Shown: positions 27,743 through 31,350 of the stretch, in pieces
Layout of the letters: the number at the start of each line of letters is the position of its first letter
Numbering within the stretch: position 1 is the stretch's first letter
Made by a program: the position numbers and the translations under genes
Notes under the pieces: generated by a model
What the model saw: the letters and a program-made list of their open reading frames with translations, nothing else
Databases searched by the model: none
Told to the model about the DNA's origin: nothing
Assembly: GCA_035285545.1 (NCBI GenBank)
Contig: JAYKGY010000136.1
Location: 1-31,350 of the forward strand
Source of the DNA: Snowella sp.
GTDB lineage: Bacteria > Cyanobacteriota > Cyanobacteriia > Cyanobacteriales > Microcystaceae
Reading direction: 5' to 3'
Length of the DNA: 31,350 nt

Positions 27743-28135
27743 TTAGTCCATATAAGGGCAATATTTTTCCAAGCACGTTTTTAAAGCTTTCGGATCAAAA
27801 ATGATCGGTAAAAAATGAATACTTTTAACTTCCTTAAAATAAAACAAAATGGGGACAGGTTCCCAATAAATTCGCCAATTTTGCCATTCAGCATAGGGAA
27901 AGCGACGGATTAACTTACTAGAACGATAGACATCTAAGTCCGTTTGTGTAAATTGCAAGCGCAGAGTCACGGTTTGAAAAAACAAGAATAAGCCAAATAG
28001 TCCAATGGGTAGACTCACCCAAGGAAGCCAAAATAGTAGGGCGATCGCAGCTCCAATGAAAACAAAAGGAATGGCGTAGCTCGGAGAAAGCTCGACAATG
28101 GAATCATTAATAGGCGTATTTTGAGTAGTCGTCAT
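27743..28135 (-). CDS. DUF3119 family protein
   Basis: FGLFLFFQTVTLRLQFT, RRFPYAEWQNWRIYW..PILFYFKEVKSIHFLPIIFD; ATG at 28135 preferred. Confidence 0.92.
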   Translation of the reverse strand: MTTTQNTPINDSIVELSPSYAIPFVFIGAAIALLFWLPWVSLPIGLFGLFLFFQTVTLRLQFTQTDLDVYRSSKLIRRFPYAEWQNWRIYWEPVPILFYFKEVKSIHFLPIIFDPKALKTCLEKYCPYMD

Positions 28136-28384
28136 GGAATTATAGGGAATTATGCTAATGTTTAATGGTTTGACCCTAACAAAAATCACGCTTGTTATAA
28201 AACGTTATGACAAATTGTCTTTTTATTGTATCGAATACGGTGCGAGAGTCATTATCTTCCCCGCGATCGCCCTTTCAATAGCCAAACTTTAATTTGAGAG
28301 ACAACTGGGGCTGACGTTACTGGAAAGTTGACATAAAATAAGTGAGGACTTTTGTAAAGTGAGCCATCTCTCGCCAGTCTCATA

Positions 28385-29668
28385 ATGAAGAACTTTTCGG
28401 TTAAGCAACTTGCAGTTAAGCCAGTCTTGAAAAATTTAGGGATGTGGATGATTCCCCTGGTTTCCGTTACTTCCGTTCCTTTTGCCTTGGCTTATTGGTT
28501 CTCTGAAAAGCCCACTCAACCCCAAGCGGAAACAACGGTTGCTCCTGCTGAAGTTACGAAATCTGAAGTTTCTCCCGTGAATGTGCCTTCCCTCAGCCAA
28601 TTACCCAATCCGACGACGGCTGCCACAAAACCGATTCCACCGGCCCCCACAGTAGGAGAAATCAAAAAAGCCTCACCTCAAAAAACCGCGATCGCGTCCA
28701 AAAGTTTAGTCCCCGATCCCCTCCCGTTACCGAAAAGCGAAACGTCCTCCCCTCAAAAAAACGCTACAAAAAATCAAAAATCAACCCGTTCTTCCAAAGC
28801 GGCTGCTCAGCCTAAAAAGTCTAGTAATGTTGCGAAATCTAACTCGAAAACAACAACCGTAGCTAAATCTACCCCAAAATCCCCTCAAGCCCAGGTTAGA
28901 AGATCTCAGCAAGCAGCGATCGCGCCTCATCCGAACTATGCTCCGCCCCCGTTAGAAATTCGAGTCGGTATTGCCCGAAAAGTTCCCAGTGTAACGATTG
29001 GTACTTCCCAACAAGCTTTTATTCAAGAACGCTCAGGAGGAACCCTAAAAACAGTTTCAGCCAACCAGCCCATACGGGTCACCCCCAATGGGAACGCTCT
29101 CAATATTGGCAATATGACAGTTTCTGGGGTCGCTTGGTTAACGCCAGCTTCGGGAAGTTATCTGTTTGTCGGCGATCGCTGGTATCGGGGTCGTTTACTT
29201 TTGGTTCCCCAGGGCAATACGGTAACAGCAGTAAATTATGTGGATCTAGAGCATTATTTAACCAGTGTGGTGGGCAGTGAAATGCACTCGACAGCGCCAA
29301 TGGAAGCCCTCAAAGCTCAAGCGATCGCGGCCCGTTCCTACGCCTTAGTTCATATTATTCGTCCCGCAAGCCAGTGGTTTGATCTAGGGGATAACCAACG
29401 CTGGCAAGTATATAAAGGCATTAATAGTGAATATCAATCGGGTTTCCAAGCAGTTGCCGCCACAATGGGTCAAGTTTTAAGCTACAAAGGTGGGGTGGTT
29501 GAATCCCTTTATGCCTCAACTGATGATATCGTTGCCGCAGCCCATAAAGGCCGAGGAATGAGCCAAATTGGAGCCTATGGACTCGCCAGAAAAGGCTATG
29601 ATTACCAGCAAATTTTAAATCGCTATTACCCAGGCGTAAGCTTAGCCAGAATGATCTTACAACAATAA
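28385..29668 (+). CDS. SpoIID/LytB-domain protein with N-terminal membrane anchor and P/S/T/K-rich linker
   Basis: RWYRGRL, VNYVDLEHYLTSVVGSEM, EALKAQAIAARSYAL, QVYKG, GMSQIGA..A.KGYDYQQIL.RYYPG. Confidence 0.9.
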   Translation: MKNFSVKQLAVKPVLKNLGMWMIPLVSVTSVPFALAYWFSEKPTQPQAETTVAPAEVTKSEVSPVNVPSLSQLPNPTTAATKPIPPAPTVGEIKKASPQKTAIASKSLVPDPLPLPKSETSSPQKNATKNQKSTRSSKAAAQPKKSSNVAKSNSKTTTVAKSTPKSPQAQVRRSQQAAIAPHPNYAPPPLEIRVGIARKVPSVTIGTSQQAFIQERSGGTLKTVSANQPIRVTPNGNALNIGNMTVSGVAWLTPASGSYLFVGDRWYRGRLLLVPQGNTVTAVNYVDLEHYLTSVVGSEMHSTAPMEALKAQAIAARSYALVHIIRPASQWFDLGDNQRWQVYKGINSEYQSGFQAVAATMGQVLSYKGGVVESLYASTDDIVAAAHKGRGMSQIGAYGLARKGYDYQQILNRYYPGVSLARMILQQ

Positions 29669-29692
29669 GATTTTAGCTCTGTGATTTAATTT

Positions 29693-30481
29693 TTATAAAT
29701 TTTTAGTGGCGAACATTTCTAAGGCAGGAGTGCGGTCGCCTGTACAAGCAATTCTCCGAGGTGCGGATACAATCTGAACTGTAAATCCTAATTGACCATA
29801 TAAATCTAAAATTCTAGCGGTAGCTTGGTTAGAAACGACGACAGGAACCGCTTGTTGAGCTAACCATTTAGCTAAACGTACTTGATCATTCCATTCAAAT
29901 CCGCCAACAGAATACTGACGAAATTCAACATCATAGGGAGGATCGGCGTAGATAAAACTTTTTCTGGAAATATTTAGATTTTCAAAGTCCCCAAGACTAA
30001 ATTGCCAATTTTCCAGTACAGCTTGATAAGCAGTCATATCAGTCCTATAGTTGATAGTCTTATAGCGTCCAAACGGTGTATTAAATTCTCCCTTTTTATT
30101 AAAGCGACACAGGCCATTAAATCCAGTACGATTTAAATAATAAAAAATTTCTGCCGCCTCTTTTTGAGATTCTTTTTTTTGCTGAATCAATTTATTAAAA
30201 TCTTGTCGATATTTATAATACATTTCTTGATTATTATTCATTGGTAAACTTAGAATAAGTCCTTTTTTAAGCCAGGAATAAAAATTAATCAAATGGGGAT
30301 TTATATCATTTAAAATAGCATCATCAGGAATTAAGCCTAATGCGATCGCTAAACCGCCACAAAAAGGTTCTACCAAAGTCGAATTAGAATAATCTTTCCA
30401 GATAGAACGCAGCGTTGGAACCAACCAACGTTTACCGCCAGCCCACTTCAAAACAGGAGAAAGTTTTTGCTCATGATTCAT
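29693..30481 (-). CDS. Dam-family (D12 class) N6-adenine DNA methyltransferase
   Basis: LKWAGGK, EPFCGG, NDIN, FNGLCRFNKKGEFNTPFGRY, YADPPY. Confidence 0.93.
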   Translation of the reverse strand: MNHEQKLSPVLKWAGGKRWLVPTLRSIWKDYSNSTLVEPFCGGLAIALGLIPDDAILNDINPHLINFYSWLKKGLILSLPMNNNQEMYYKYRQDFNKLIQQKKESQKEAAEIFYYLNRTGFNGLCRFNKKGEFNTPFGRYKTINYRTDMTAYQAVLENWQFSLGDFENLNISRKSFIYADPPYDVEFRQYSVGGFEWNDQVRLAKWLAQQAVPVVVSNQATARILDLYGQLGFTVQIVSAPRRIACTGDRTPALEMFATKNL

Positions 30482-30499
30482 ATACGTATTTAGTCATAG

Positions 30500-30805
30500 T
30501 TAAGGCGATATGGCAATCCTAAATGATTTGTGTTAAGGTTTTTCTTCGAGTAAAGAATGATAATAACGAGTCAATTGCTGCACGACATAACGATCTTCTG
30601 TAATTTTGAGTTCTAAGATAGCCAATGCTCAATTTTTACCAATTGCCAAAATATCGCAGTATTGACCCTGAACATAATACTGTCTTTTGAGCGGCTTCAA
30701 TCCTAATAGTGTTTCCAGATTTTGCCATAAAAAATCTTCAAAGTCAGACTCTTTTTCAAATTCCCATAAATCGCCAATTTGTTTTAATGAATATAAAATG
30801 GTCAT
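30500..30805 (-). pseudogene. NucS/DUF91-like PD-(D/E)XK endonuclease pseudogene
   Basis: One frame reads MTILYSLKQIGDLWEFEKESDFEDFLWQNLETLLGLKPLKRQYYVQGQYCDILAIGKN*ALAILELKITEDRYVVQQLTRYYHSLLEEKP*HKSFRIAISP*; stops at 30631-30629, 30535-30533 and 30502-30500. Confidence 0.8.
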
Positions 30806-30956
30806 GAAAACTTAAGAACAATGATGAAACTGAGACTGAATCCAACGACGAAAATCTTTTAATGTTTTAGTTTCTCCATCTTTTAAACATTGCTGCATAC
30901 ACCTCGATTGTTCCTTTGCCTTATTTATTTTGTGACCCATGACTTAGCAATCTAAC

Positions 30957-31157
30957 CTAACTATTAAAAGGTTTAGCGACAGGAGGAGCAGCAGATTCTT
31001 CAATTTTTATGACTTGTTTGGCACATTGAAAAAACTTCTCATCTAATTCAGGAATATCTGATAGATCGATTTCTTCATCAGATAATTGAAGAATTGCTTC
31101 GGCTCGTTCCTGACTCATTGGTTTAATTTCTTCAATACGTTTACGAATAATAGTCAT
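30957..31157 (-). CDS. BrnA-like antitoxin, N-terminal part only
   Basis: LSDEEIDLSDIPELDEKFFQCAK motif; overlaps the BrnT remnant; no C-terminal RHH motif visible. Confidence 0.7.
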   Translation of the reverse strand: MTIIRKRIEEIKPMSQERAEAILQLSDEEIDLSDIPELDEKFFQCAKQVIKIEESAAPPVAKPFNS

Positions 31158-31225
31158 AATAGAGTTTCCTCTCTTTTTTAGTAGAGCGTCGGACTGAAAT
31201 AATTCTGATCAAATCATCTCTTACT
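31141..31225 (-). pseudogene. 3' remnant of a BrnT-family toxin, cut by the ISL3 element
   Basis: Translates as VRDDLIRIISVRRSTKKERKLYYDYYS* (RIIS.R.....ER..Y signature) and starts exactly at the IS terminus. Confidence 0.85.
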
Positions 31226-31350
31226 GGTTCTTCTGAATAAAGAGTGATAAGTAAAACTCATAATGAAAAGCAAGCTAAAAAGCGACGACGCATATTTTCA
31301 AAGTTAAGAAACCCATAAGCCTGACGCTTAATCAGTTTGAGACGATTGTT
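31226..31350 (-). mobile_element. Right end of an ISL3-family insertion sequence (continues beyond the window)
   Basis: Terminus GGTTCTTCTGAATAAAGAGTGATAAG at 31226 (ISL3-type GG(T/C)TCT end) next to the transposase stop codon. Confidence 0.88.
31258..31350 (-). CDS. ISL3 transposase C-terminus (partial)
   Basis: NNRLKLIKRQAYGFLNFENMRRRFLACFSL* matches the ISL3 NNKIKLIKR.AYGFRNF motif. Confidence 0.9.
   Translation of the reverse strand, partial: NNRLKLIKRQAYGFLNFENMRRRFLACFSL

Noticed and set aside
30629..30631. Programmed readthrough or selenocysteine at the in-frame TGA of the nuclease
   Set aside because: Further stops and an apparent deletion follow, so pseudogenisation is the simpler explanation
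30812..30898. 28-aa ORF MQQCLKDGETKTLKDFRRWIQSQFHHCS, faintly like an IS630 winged-helix fragment
   Set aside because: Too short and too weak to assign without a search

Overview
A cyanobacterial chromosomal window: about 40 HIP1 GCGATCGC octamers counted by eye, plus ndhB, ycf39 and plmA. Most of it is core genome: lepA, an MscS-cNMP channel, DUF760, scpB, tRNA-Phe(GAA), an FtsH4-type protease, holA, nadK, ycf39, plmA, fabI, ndhB, rpsB-tsf with its leader RNA, DUF3119-DUF3086-plsY and a SpoIID/LytB protein. Accessory elements are a VapBC-type toxin-antitoxin pair and, at the right end, a decaying defence/mobile islet (Dam-type methylase, nonsense-inactivated NucS-like nuclease, a BrnT toxin gene cut by an ISL3 element, a shortened BrnA). 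Reading the DNA directly adds three micro-ORFs absent from the ORF track: a 31-aa Norf4-like peptide, a 25-aa peptide under a perfect NtcA box and flanked by hairpins, and a 30-aa transmembrane peptide after plsY. It also shows an orphan nrtD/cmpD fragment, a CRP-type site at class-II spacing before a stand-alone PilZ gene, a degenerate membrane-anchored EAL protein, inverted heptamer repeat arrays at the plsY start, and an LRAT-family enzyme fused to a PspA/Vipp1-like helical segment downstream of plmA. All family assignments come from motif recognition by eye; no searches or folding programs were run.
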